DNA of 64,000 nt from NCBI GenBank assembly GCA_963920595.1, contig OY986950.1, positions 3,100,001 to 3,164,000 of the forward strand. Direction: 5' to 3'. Under the pieces are notes generated by a model. That model searched no databases. It was not told where the DNA came from and was given only the letters and a program-made list of their open reading frames with translations. Both the position numbers and the translations under genes were made by a program. This document shows positions 1 through 11,400 of the stretch, one piece after another. This DNA is from Eimeria praecox. Lineage: Eukaryota. How positions within the stretch are numbered: position 1 is the first letter of the stretch; each line of letters starts with the position of its first letter.

Positions 1-869
1 CTGCAGAGGTGCTGCGTGGCGTTTCGGTGTCTGCCATCGAGTCTGTCGGGGGCAGCAATGTTGCAGCAGCAGAATCAGCTGCTGCAGCAGCACCTGCTGC
101 GGGTGAGACCGATCCCGCAGCAGCAGCAACAGCAGCAGCAGTAGCAACAGCAGCAGCAGCACCATGAGCAGCAGCAGCAGCAGTCCCCGAAGCAGCAACA
201 TTAGAACCAACGCAACAACAGTCATAACACCATCATCATCAGCAGCCAGCAACTTGTATGAAGGAGGCAGCAGCAGCTCAACAGCAGCTCAGCAACAACA
301 ACAACAGCAGCAGCAGCAGCAGCAGCTGCTGCTGCTGCTGCTGCGTGTGTATGTATGGGGATGTGCTGCAGGTGCTGCTGGCTTTGCTGCTAGATGCCGT
401 GCCACCATCAGATTCTGAGCTTCTAAAGAATATGAAGAGGAGGCTCAAGCAGCAGGGGGCCCCCAAAATAACAACAGAGTGCTGCAGCAGCAGCCTGCAG
501 CAGCAGAAGGTTCTATTCATAGTCAGAGCCATATCGAAACTCAAATGCCAGGCGAAAAGCGTAGGATATACTGCTGCTGCTCCTGCTCCTGCTGCTGCTG
601 CTGATGCTGGGTGGCTACTTACGTCTGCTGCTCTGTCTGTGTGGGGTTGTGCAGCAAAGGCTGCTGCATCTTCTTGCTGCTGTTCAAACATTCATCCCGC
701 GGTCGATTGCTGTTGCTGCTGTTGCTGCTGCTGCTGTTGCTGCTGTTGCTGCTGCTGCTGTTGCTTATGATGTGTCTGAACAGCTGAGCAACTACACGGC
801 TCTGCAGCGGCTGCTGCGGGATGCTGTGGGGCCGCCAGGTTGCTGCATGCCGTCTGTAGAGGAGCAGCT

Positions 870-901
<32 letters not shown>

Positions 902-1096
902 TAGCTTCTTTAATGGAAGAATGCTGCAGCATATATCAGAAGGACCCTCTTGACCTGCTGCAGGAGAATACATCTATAGAATCATTCTTCTCTCGCTTAG
1001 CTAGCATACAGCAGCAGCACGAGGCGCAGCAGCAGACAGTGCTGGCAGCAGCAGCAGCAGCAGATGCACAGGCTGTATCGCTTCTTCGCCAAATTA

Positions 1097-1127
<31 letters not shown>

Positions 1128-1344
1128 GCAGCAACAGCAACAGCAACTAACAGCCGAGCAGCAGCAGCAGCAACAGTTTCTTTTAGATTTAAAAACACGC
1201 CTTGGATATACAACAATCGATGAGTGTATTTCAGGTGTACAGACAGCTATACGCCGACACCGCCCTCTTGACACTCTCTTCAGATCTGTTTGCGATATTC
1301 TGGGGGTCCCCCGCAGCACAGCAACTTGCTCCCAGGTACAAAGG

Positions 1345-1383
<39 letters not shown>

Positions 1384-1986
1384 TAGCAGCAGCAACAGCA
1401 GCAGCAGGAGCAGCAGTAGGTGAAGCAGCAGCAGCAGTAGTAAGTAGCTTTGGGGGCTGGAGCAGCACGAGACAGAAGAACCCGTAAATTGCAGATAGCC
1501 CGGTTTGTTAATTTGCTGCTGCTGTCATTGTTGTTGTTGTTGTTGTTGCTGCTGCTGCTGCTATTGCTGCTGTTGCTGCTGCAGGTAGAGAGGGAAGTGG
1601 TGCGGCTTCTAGAGAGCAGCAAGCAACACGCGGAGATGCTGCAGCAGCAGCAACGCCTCATTGTGCAGCAGCAAGCCATCATACTCAGCAGCAACACATT
1701 TGGCCCTCCCGCTGCTGCTGCTGCTGCTGCTGCTGCTGCAAACGCGCAGCTAGCAGCAGCAGAAGCTGCTGCTGCTCCCCAGATGCAGCTCCCAGTGGCA
1801 ACCATGCAGCAGCAGCCTCCTGCTGCTGCAGCAACAGCAACAGCAGCACCAGCAACAGCAGCAGCAGCAACAGCTACTAGTAACGAACATGGATCTGCTG
1901 CCTCTAAGGAGACAGTAGCTCGGGTCTTAAGTGAGTTGCTGCAGTCCGCCATTAACGGCCGGCCCCCCGTAAATGCTGCAGCATAG
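1..1986 (+). CDS. 3' part of a spliced hypothetical Q/A-rich, probably coiled-coil protein (5'-truncated by the window)
   Basis: Exon-like blocks with GT/AG boundaries: ~1-102, 372-560 (VLLALLLDAVPPSDSELLKNMKRRLK...), ~784-1335 (LSNYTALQRLLRD...FLLDLKTRLGYTTIDECISGVQTAIRRHRPLDTLFRSVCDILGVP) and ~1584-1986 (VEREVVRLLESSKQHAEM...NAAA*). Some internal junctions are unresolved and no family motif was recognised. Confidence 0.6.
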
Positions 1987-2007
1987 CAACACCAGCAGCA
2001 GCAGCAA

Positions 2008-2053
<46 letters not shown>

Positions 2054-2353
2054 AGCAGGGGCTAGAACTAACTTCAAGACACCCCATTTGGTTTAAAGAC
2101 CAATGGCCTTTGGCAGTCAGTTTCGTTTGGCTCAAAAGATAACCGCTGCAGCAGCAAGTATTGCTGCTGCTGCCGCAGCACGTGCTGCAGCAACAACAGC
2201 ATGTGCTGCAGCAACAGCAGCATGTGCTGCTGTTCGTGTATGCATACCCACGTAATAAACATAATATATATATGCTGCTGCCGCACTGCGGAGCAGCACT
2301 GCCCCGAACAACAAGCAGCAACAGCACCAGCGGCGACAGTAGTAGTAGTACAT

Positions 2354-2386
<33 letters not shown>

Positions 2387-2527
2387 GGGCGGGAAGCACA
2401 AATAATATAGCCTCGCAGCTGCGAAACCGGCATCATCAAATTCGGTGCATCTCTAACAGACGCGCCATATCATACAGAAAAGAGGGGGAAGCAGCAGCAG
2501 CAGCAGCAGCAAACCAAACTACTACTA

Positions 2528-2582
<55 letters not shown>

Positions 2583-2905
2583 ATGTACTACTAAAGAAGC
2601 AATACGACGAACAACTTCGTTCCGTCGGGAACGCACAGCCTGGGGTGCTGAGGGTTGATGATAACTACAATATATCCACCAGCAGCAGCAGCTGCTGCTG
2701 CTGCTGCTGCTGTTGCAAGTGCTGCTGCTGCTGCTGCTGCTGCTGCTCCTGCTGCTCCTGCTTCTGTCAAGAACAGGGGCTAGCCCAGACACCCCAGAAT
2801 ATGAGCAGCAGCCACCGCGCGCCCCTACAGGGATATGCAGCTAGCCGTCAAACGCTGCTAGCTGTCTTCGATACAGCTAGCTAGCTAGCTAATTCGCTTC
2901 CTGAT

Positions 2906-2938
<33 letters not shown>

Positions 2939-3008
2939 TGCTGCTGTTGTTGCAGCCAGGATGGCCTTACCTGCTGCTGCTGCTGCTGCAGCACAACGGC
3001 GAGGCTAT

Positions 3009-3083
3009 TCACCCGTCTCTCGGTCCCTCTGCACGCTGTTGCTGCGAAACTCCAGCAGCAGCAGCTACTGCTGATGTGGGGGG

Positions 3084-3119
<36 letters not shown>

Positions 3120-3826
3120 GCTAACAAGAGGTGGTTGCACCGGGGGCACTTGCAGCAGCGGGTATGGAGGGAATATGCCTACGGGGTAGCTGGTGGGGGC
3201 GTACTGTGGCCCCGGAGCAGCAGCAGCAGCAGCAGCAGCTGCTGCTGCTGCTGCTGCATACGGCATCTGCATGAACGGTGTTGCATACGGCAACAAGCCA
3301 GGCAACGCGGGATAAACATCGGTAGGGACGAAGGGGACCTGAGCATACACCGGAGTGCTGTTTTCAACTGCAGCACGCTGCATCAGCAGCAGCTGCTGCT
3401 GTTGTTGTTGCTGTTGCTGCTGCTGCTGCTGCTGCTGTTCATGTTGCTGTTGCCAACTATGGCTAGGGTCCTGCTCCGCCACATACGGCTGCTGCTGCTG
3501 TGGCTGCTGCTGTTGCTGCTGCTGTTGCTGCTGTCCCCTCGAGCTATGCCCATCCCCCCGACGATGGTGCCCGTGGTGATGATGGTGATGCTGCTTCTGC
3601 TGCTGCTGCTGCTGCTGCTGTCTCTCAGCCGCAGCTGCTGTTCGGTTGTTCTGTGTAGGTGCCGATACACCCCGTTGCCGTTCTGGCCCGTGTTGCTGCT
3701 GCTGCTGCTGCTGCTGCTGTCCCTGCTGCTGTCCCTGCTGCAGCTCTGCTGTAGAGTCCGGGGCAGCTGCAGCAGCAGCAGTAGCAGCAGCACCAGCGGG
3801 AGCAGCAGCAGGAGTTGCTGCAGCGT

Positions 3827-3857
<31 letters not shown>

Positions 3858-4041
3858 GGGTCCTCCGGCAGATTGCTGCTGTCCCTCATTCCCCCCTTTC
3901 CTTGCTTTGTTTCTTATTACTGCTGCTTCTGCTGCTGCAGCAACATTCAAGCTAGCAGCACCGCGCAGCTCCTCCAGCAGCGCCACTATATTCAGCCCGT
4001 GAACCGAAGCAAACTTCTCTAGCTCTGTTCGCCTATAACTG

Positions 4042-4075
<34 letters not shown>

Positions 4076-4229
4076 AGCAGCAACAGCAGCAGTAGCACAG
4101 GCAGCAGCAAAGCACATATCCTTACGCTGAAACAGCAAACAGCTGACAGGAATAACGCCAGCTACGTCCTATATGGATAGCTTGCTGCACTTGCTGCTCT
4201 TGCTGCTGCTGCTGCTGCACTTGCTGCTC

Positions 4230-4262
<33 letters not shown>

Positions 4263-4361
4263 ACTTGCGCTTCCTCAGCTCCTGTTCACCGTGGGCATGG
4301 CGGCAGCTGTCTCCTGCGGGGCAGGCGTCTCCCCGAACCCAAAACTTGCATAGCTTCGTCT

Positions 4362-4396
<35 letters not shown>

Positions 4397-4627
4397 TGCA
4401 GCAACAACACTTATGCATGCTCCTGGAGGGAAGACGGCAGCAGCAGCAAAACTACATTTCCTTGGGTCGCAACCAGTCATCCTGCTGCTGCTGCTGCTGC
4501 TCCCGCTGCTGCTGCTGCTGCTGCTGCTGCTACAGCAACTGCTAGCGGCATCCCCTCAGGCGTACACCACCTCGTCCGCATATCCCAGCAGCAGCAACAG
4601 CAGCAGCAACAGCAGCAGCAACAGCAG

Positions 4628-4662
<35 letters not shown>

Positions 4663-4864
4663 ACAGCAGCAGCAACAGCAGCAGGGAGACATACTTTGTA
4701 GTAATCGCTGGTGCTGCGCAGCTCCGCCTCGCCATGGGCAAAGAGACAAGAGCCGTCAGTAGCCGGGCATGTACCCTGAAGCAACCAAACCCTAAACCCT
4801 AAACCCTAAACCCTGGCAGGTTTAACATACATACATATTGTATATACACACATACATATATATA

Positions 4865-4898
<34 letters not shown>

Positions 4899-4903
4899 AA
4901 TAA

Positions 4904-4950
<47 letters not shown>

Positions 4951-6028
4951 CTTTCGACTCCGCTTCGTGTTTCATCTGTACTACGTTTTAGGGTTAAGAA
5001 TATAGGGTTTAGGGTTTAGGGTTTAGGGTTTAGGGTTTCCCCACCGCCTGCCAGTGTACACACATCTTGGTCTTCGTCAAAGCTGGAGGGTCTCTAAGCT
5101 CCTCTGTGCTGTGAGCGTAGCTGCAGCTGTTGCTGCGACTACAACTCCCCTTCAAAAAATTCTGACACATCTTTATCCTGGAGAAACAACAATCATTATA
5201 TTTATTTATATATATTTATTTATTTATAGTTAGTTTATTTTGTTTATTTTGTTTATTTTGTTTATTTTGTTTATTTAATTTGCTTTATTCTATTTATTCT
5301 ATTTATTCTATTCATTCTATTTATTATATTTATTCTATTTATTCTATTTATTATATTTATTATATTTATTATATTTATTATATTTGTTCTATTTATTCTA
5401 TTTAAGTATAATACTAAACCCTAAACAACAAACTAAATCGATCGTCAAAGCACCAACGCTTAGATTATTAACCTATGCAGCACCACTGCAGCAGCAGCAG
5501 CTGCAGCAGCAGCAGCTGCAGCAGCAGTAGCTGCAGCAGCAGCAGCTGCTGCTGCTGCTGCTGCGGTTCTTGCAGCTGGCGCTTCAGAAGACACTTCTCC
5601 AGCATGCCCCCACTTCCAGTCAGCCCAACCCCAAACCCTAAACCCTAAACCCTAAACCCTAAACCCTAAACCCTAAACCCTAAACCCTAAACCCTAAACC
5701 CTAAACCCTCACCGGAAGAATTGGTCTTCTACTTGATGCGGCTTCTTCTTCAGCATCGAATGCGTAGCGTCGCTCTGTGTTCTCGTCCTCGTGCGGGCGG
5801 TGGTGCTGCTGCTGCTGCAGTTGCAGTTGCTGCTGCTGCTGTATCGGCTGTTGCTGTTGCTGTTGCTGCCAGCGCGGTTCCTAGGAGGTCTTGTGCAGCG
5901 CCTCTTCCTCGAGTTGCTGCAGCAAGCAGCAGCAGCAGCTGCTGCTGCTGCTGTTGGCGCTGCTGCTGCAGCAGCTATGCCTTCTGCGAGGGATCCCAAC
6001 TTGCTGCTGGACCCCACAGCAGCAGTGC

Positions 6029-6061
<33 letters not shown>

Positions 6062-6134
6062 AGCTCTTGTGATGCCGCTGCTGCTGCCGCGCCTGCCTCG
6101 TAGGCTGATTAGAAGCCTCCACCTGCTGCGGCGC

Positions 6135-6165
<31 letters not shown>

Positions 6166-6324
6166 TGCTGCGGCCCTTGCTGCTGCTGCTCCTGCTGCGA
6201 CGCCAGCTTCTGCTGCTCCTGCTGCTCTCCCTCTTGCTGCTGCAACAGCAGTTGCTGCTGTTCCTCCTCCTGTGGCAGCTGGCCCTGAGGTTGCTGCTGC
6301 AACTGCGGCTGCTGCTGTAAATGC

Positions 6325-6358
<34 letters not shown>

Positions 6359-7175
6359 TAGCAGCCTGGGAATCGAACGCCTCAGCTGCTCTTGCTGCTG
6401 TTGCGGCGGCCGTCCTGTGATGCTCCTGCTGGAGCTGCTGTTGGTGCTGCTGTTGCTGCTGCAGCTTCTGTTGCTGTTGCTGCTGCAGCTGTTGGTGTTG
6501 TATCTGTTCTTGCTGCAGGTGTTGCTGCTGCAGCGCTTCCTCCTGCAGCTGCTCTTGCTGCAGCTCCTGCTGCTGCTGCTGCTGCCCTGTTTGTAGTGTG
6601 ACAACCTCCTGAAGGCGTCCCTCAGCATCGTGCTGCTGTTCCTGTGGTGTAAGCTTCAGCTGCTGCATCTGCTGCAGCAGCAGGTGCTGCTGCAGCAGCT
6701 GCATTTGCTGCCTGCTCTGGAGACAATCCCGCAGCACGCCGCTAACTAAGCTGGGGGCTGAGGGGCTTCGTCTCATGAGAGCAGCAGCAGCAGCAGCAGC
6801 AGCAGACTGCTGCAACGCCACTGCCCATAGCCCCGTGTTTTGTGAAGTGCCTGCTGCTGCTGACGCCGGTCCTGCTGCTGCTGCTAGCGCTGCTGTTGCT
6901 GCTGCTGCTGCAGCAGCAGAAGCATCCGCTCCCTGAGATTCAGCCCAAGGCTGATGAAGAGAGGCGCCATTCTCCCTATCAATACTGCTGCCGTTGCTGC
7001 AGGGGCTGCGGCAGCTTACGTTGCTGGTGTCGCAGCTTGTCGCCCCACAGGCATCCTTGCTGCAGCAGCATATACTACAGCTGCAGTTGCTGCTGCCGCT
7101 GCAGACAGTCCCTGCTGAGGCCTCCGCCTCCTGCTCAACAAATGAACGGTCTGGAAATCTGAGTGAAGGAGACAT
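3009..7175 (-). CDS. Triple CCCH-type zinc-finger (TIS11/TTP-like RNA-binding) protein with long homopolymeric tracts
   Basis: Phase-consistent GT-AG exons 7175-5713, 5177-5045, 4775-4695, 4359-4265 and 4038-~3009 join into [31 protein letters not shown] / [32 protein letters not shown] / [36 protein letters not shown]. These are three CCCH fingers with (K/R)TK(L/M)C-type leaders. The true start and the last exon are uncertain. Confidence 0.9.
4787..4814 (+). repeat. Interstitial telomere-like (AAACCCT)4, intronic
   Basis: Four exact heptamers read directly, at the acceptor end of intron 4776-5044. Confidence 0.95.
4855..4948. repeat. (AT)n microsatellite, intronic
   Basis: Read directly. 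Confidence 0.95.
5004..5038 (+). repeat. Interstitial telomere-like (AGGGTTT)5, intronic
   Basis: Five exact heptamers read directly, ending 6 nt from the donor of intron 4776-5044. Confidence 0.95.
5197..5402. repeat. AT-rich TTTAT/TTTATTCTA low-complexity tandem repeat, intronic
   Basis: Read directly. Confidence 0.85.
5633..5709 (+). repeat. Interstitial telomere-like (AAACCCT)11 abutting a splice donor
   Basis: Eleven exact units; on the minus strand the intron begins GTG(AGGGTTT)11. Confidence 0.95.
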
Positions 7176-7183
7176 TATGATAG

Positions 7184-7227
<44 letters not shown>

Positions 7228-7458
7228 TTGCTTCTGCTGCTGCTTCTGCTGCTGCAGTTGCTGTTTTTATGTTGCTTCTTCTGTTGTTGCTGCTGCCCAA
7301 CTGATGTTGCTGTTGCAGCTGAAGCTGCAGATACTGCTGCAGCCGTCGCTGCTGCTTATACCGCCAACGGTGGGGTCTGGTAGGGCTTCTTCAAGGGCTG
7401 CAGCTGTTGTTGACGATCTCGGTTTCTATGTATAAACACCGAGATATTCACTATAAAG

Positions 7459-7488
7459 GTTTTAGGGTTTAGGGTTTAGGGTTTAGGG
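7459..7488 (+). repeat. Telomere-like (TTTAGGG)n array upstream of the CCCH ORF
   Basis: Read directly; lies just before a candidate minus-strand acceptor (...aaacctttatag). Confidence 0.9.
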
Positions 7489-7911
7489 GTTCGCCGCAGC
7501 TGTACGTACAGCGCGACAACGGTCATCTGGGGGCAGCGGGGGCTTGTTGGAGGCTGAGGGGGAGCGAGTCTGTAGTCTGCAACCAAATCAAAGCAGAAAA
7601 AACACAAGACTAAAAAAAGACAGGAAGGCGGTATATAAACAAATAAGAAGAACACAGATAAAGAAGAACCCCGCCCCAACCTGTTGAGGTGCTACGATTG
7701 CTGCTTGTCAAGGGGACATGACAGCTTGAGCGAGCCTCTCGAATGATGACGTCATGTTGAGGTGTACGTACACCTCAAAAACAGCCTTAAAAGATTCAAA
7801 ATTAACCAAAGAAGACTAAGCCCCCACGGGTCTCTGTCTCCTCCCCTGCTGCTGCAAAGGAGCAGGCACAACGTTACGTTTCTTATGCTTAGGGCAGCTC
7901 CTGCTGCAGTC

Positions 7912-7942
<31 letters not shown>

Positions 7943-8459
7943 CAGCCGCAGCAGCAGCGGCTACAGCAGCAGCAGCCGCAGCAGCAGCAGCAGCGGGCTT
8001 GCACGGCGGGGCTCCCTGGAAGGTCTCTGTCTTCTTGTGCTGATTTTAGATAATCTTTGTCTTTTTTTTAATGCTTCTGTATTGTTTCTTTATTATTTTT
8101 AATAAATACAACCAACAAAAACATTAAAACAAGTGCTGACTGCTCCCGTGTTGCTACCACGAAGGTAGCAGCTTTGCGGCGTCCCACCAGCCCTCCCCTT
8201 GTCTTTTATTAATTACAATTAAAGCAATTTACTCCCCTTTATTTATGTCTTCTATTTTCTATTTTTTTATTCTAGCTAGATTGACTATTAAACCCTGCAG
8301 CAATCAGCAACACCGATCGGTGGGCGCCACTTGGCTGGGGTGTACGGTCATCGTGGGTAGGGGGGAGTCTTCGCTCTTAATTGAGGGCGGTTGTGAGATG
8401 CAATAGTGTGAAAGACTTTAAAAATAAATAAAATAACATCCTAAATGGTAGACGATCAT

Positions 8460-11400
8460 TCTTGAGCTACTAAGCGTCTTAGAGCAGAAGCCCAAGGAAC
8501 GGGGGAACGGGGGGGGGGGAAGGGGTTGGGGGGTAGGGGAGGAGGCGTCGGCTAGTAAGATGTTGCTGCATACATTGCTTTAGCTAGTGTGGCAAAACAG
8601 CACAGCATGCATGCGCAATCAAGTGTATCTCTTGCTGCATGGACTAACGCTGTAGGATATAAGCAGTTGTTGAAAGCGTGTTTGACCCTACGTAGGGATC
8701 CGGCGTGCAAGTGTAACAACGCTTTCTTAGTTCATTCGGGGGATGCTTCATTGCCCCAGCCCCAGCCTTTCTTGCTAAACAGTTGACACCCCCTTGTCAC
8801 CTTCTGCCCAGGAAAAATATCGGAGGAGTGGGGGGAGCGCTCCTGTTGCGCATGCTGCTGCGGAGGCTGGTTTCGTTTCTGCAGCACCATTGGTTGCTGC
8901 TGATGCCGTGACTCTTATTTCGCTGCCTGTGCCCCTTCGTATACCAATATGAACAGCGGCAGCGCACACACGAAGCGCCGCGACGCGGCTAAAGTAGACG
9001 GGTGTTGCATATGAGTACATGTTCGTGGGTATGCTTTGTTGAATATCCCTGAAGTATTCTGTTTTAGACTGTTGTGCCCGCCTGCTTGTTAGTTCCTCTA
9101 CATGCATCGGTTTATGTGGCATTTTGCCTTGGGTGCGTCTGGACGGCCTCCTCAGCAGCGGGGGCAGAAGCAGCAAGTTCGCAGCGTGTTGAGATCAGTC
9201 TCGTTTTGGCTCGTAAGAGTGTGTGACAGTTCTCTTCTCTGTCATGAGTGGGTGCGGATAGAACGCACAGCACTTTAGCGTCTCTGTTCGAACGGTGATG
9301 ACGGCAGCAGCTGCTTTCGGGTTTGATCCCTGCAGCTTCTTCCATACGTAGGCAAACGGGCGCAGGCCGTGCTACAGCTCCGTGAGTCGCTGATGATTCC
9401 CAAGGCTCCAATGATTTTACAGCTGTATAGCGGCACTATCTCCGCCTCTTCTGTTCATATCCTGGCCCTCTTTAGAGGTCCTGCTGGTGGAGCTGCTTCT
9501 GTACCTGCAGATTCCGTATAAATATTAGCTGTTGCTGCGCATGGGATCGATGAAGCAGCTCATATCAAAGAGGCAGTGTGAAGCACCTTCAAAAAAGAGC
9601 CATACTGCGAAAAACGGTGAAGGAAAAGAGATGGGTTTGAGAACGCCAATGCAGCACCCAACAGCAGGCACAGTTCGGAAGGACGGGCAGGCCAGTGCAA
9701 TACAGCAGCAGCTCCCTTTATACAGCGGTGCTACTTGCACTCAACGAACAACCAAAGAATCTCGCTACTCGAAAACTAACAAAGTGCATCTGAGACCCGT
9801 GGCAGGTCAAGATAAATAAGCAGCAGTGTCAGACAGAGCACCTGCAGACACAGGACCCTGCTGCTACGGCAAAGGCCTGTCTTCCCCGGCATCCCGACGC
9901 TCCTGGTCTGCTGCGGCCCTTAGTGCCGGTAGGTATCACTAGTAATGTTGAAATTGCTGTTGTTGATTGCAAGGCAGAGCGGCAGCCCGGGGCAGCCGCA
10001 GCTCATTGTGGTGCCCCTTTCTTGCTCGCTTGGGCTGGGAACCTTTTTCTAATATGGGTACGTCAGCCTCAGCAAAAATAGCAGAGCCGCCTCCGATGCA
10101 CAGAATCAAAGCCTACCGGAGGCTGGAATGGCTGGCAGGTTCCACCGAGCGGGGCCCTGCCTCAAAACGTAAAAACGAAGCTGCAGTCGGAAGCCGAACG
10201 AAGCCATTGATAGGTTACGGAGGGAAAATAAACCACCAAAGAGCATGTGAGAATCAGGAAGCTGATAGAAAGGTACCAGCTTTCTTTACGCATGGGTCAC
10301 AGAAGAATTGCCTACAAAGGGTTGCGCGCGCCCCAACTATACTTCCGGCTGTATTTGGCCCTTCTCGCATTCGCAGAGAAGAGGGCAAGGAGGCAATCGT
10401 AAGTTGTTCCTTTGCCCAAGTGATCGTCGGGGGACCGTTGCGGCGCTCAGTGTCCAAGCATGCATCCAACGTAATATTCCTGTTTTCTGTTGCTTCAAAT
10501 AGCTGTAGCCTTAGGATCAGGTTCTCTGTCCACTTCGGTTGTTCCTTCCCGCAGTGATGTTGCTGTCAATTTGCATCGATATTTCGAATCCCTCAGCTGT
10601 TTGAGAAAAACGGCTTCAATAGTATGATGGCATCTCCACTTTTGTGGTGAGTTTACGATATAAGCCAGCGAATTAAACCCAGAATAAAACGTACTTTGCA
10701 AGAGCGCGTGTGGAGCCCAGTCTGGGGAGCGCCATCGCGATCTACTGGTATGCGTAAAAACGCGTCAGTGCAGCCAAAAGATGCACTGACGCGTTTTTAT
10801 GAACCGTGCAAGCGGCCAAGCAGTTCGACTACCAGGAGAATCGGGAATTTTTGCTTTGCCGTGATTTTGTTGAGAGGCTGGGAGTCGATTCATATTGTCC
10901 TCGCCAACTCCGAATGGTTTGCAAGCGCGCCAGTCGAAGTTGGCATTTGCCTATTCTTAGCAGTTCATCTGCTTGCTGGTCAAGATCGGGGGGTTGCCTG
11001 CACCTCAGAACAAAACTTGAACATGTTCCGAGAAGGACTTCCCTGCAATGCAATGGCCATCAATCGGGGGGCTCGGCCTGTGGAAATTCTCTTCTACTGA
11101 GCAAACCTGAAAACTCTTGTTTCGCTGCTGCTCGCCTCTACTGTTTCTCGGGTGCTGATTGGACCGAGCTCCCCCAAACTGTAGTCTGCGCACGACCATC
11201 CCGAATGCATGCAGGCTCGGTCGTTTCTTGCAGCGCCTGTTCGTCGCGCCGAAGCCTCCTCGGTTCTTTCTTCGTGAGACAGTGCCTCAACTTTGCTTAC
11301 CATAGAGGATGCAAATGCTGTCGTGGGACAGAGGGATAGGTTGCAATTTTGATCTGCAATGACTCCCCCACTCATATCTAAGGTTATCTCGTGGTCAGCT

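Noticed and set aside
5633..5709. True telomere or chromosome end
   Set aside because: The arrays are short, internal and intronic, with genes on both sides.
164..8043. Dozens of overlapping poly-Q/A/S/C/L ORFs on both strands
   Set aside because: CAG repeats have no stop codon in any frame; only frames joined by splice sites and carrying complex sequence were accepted.
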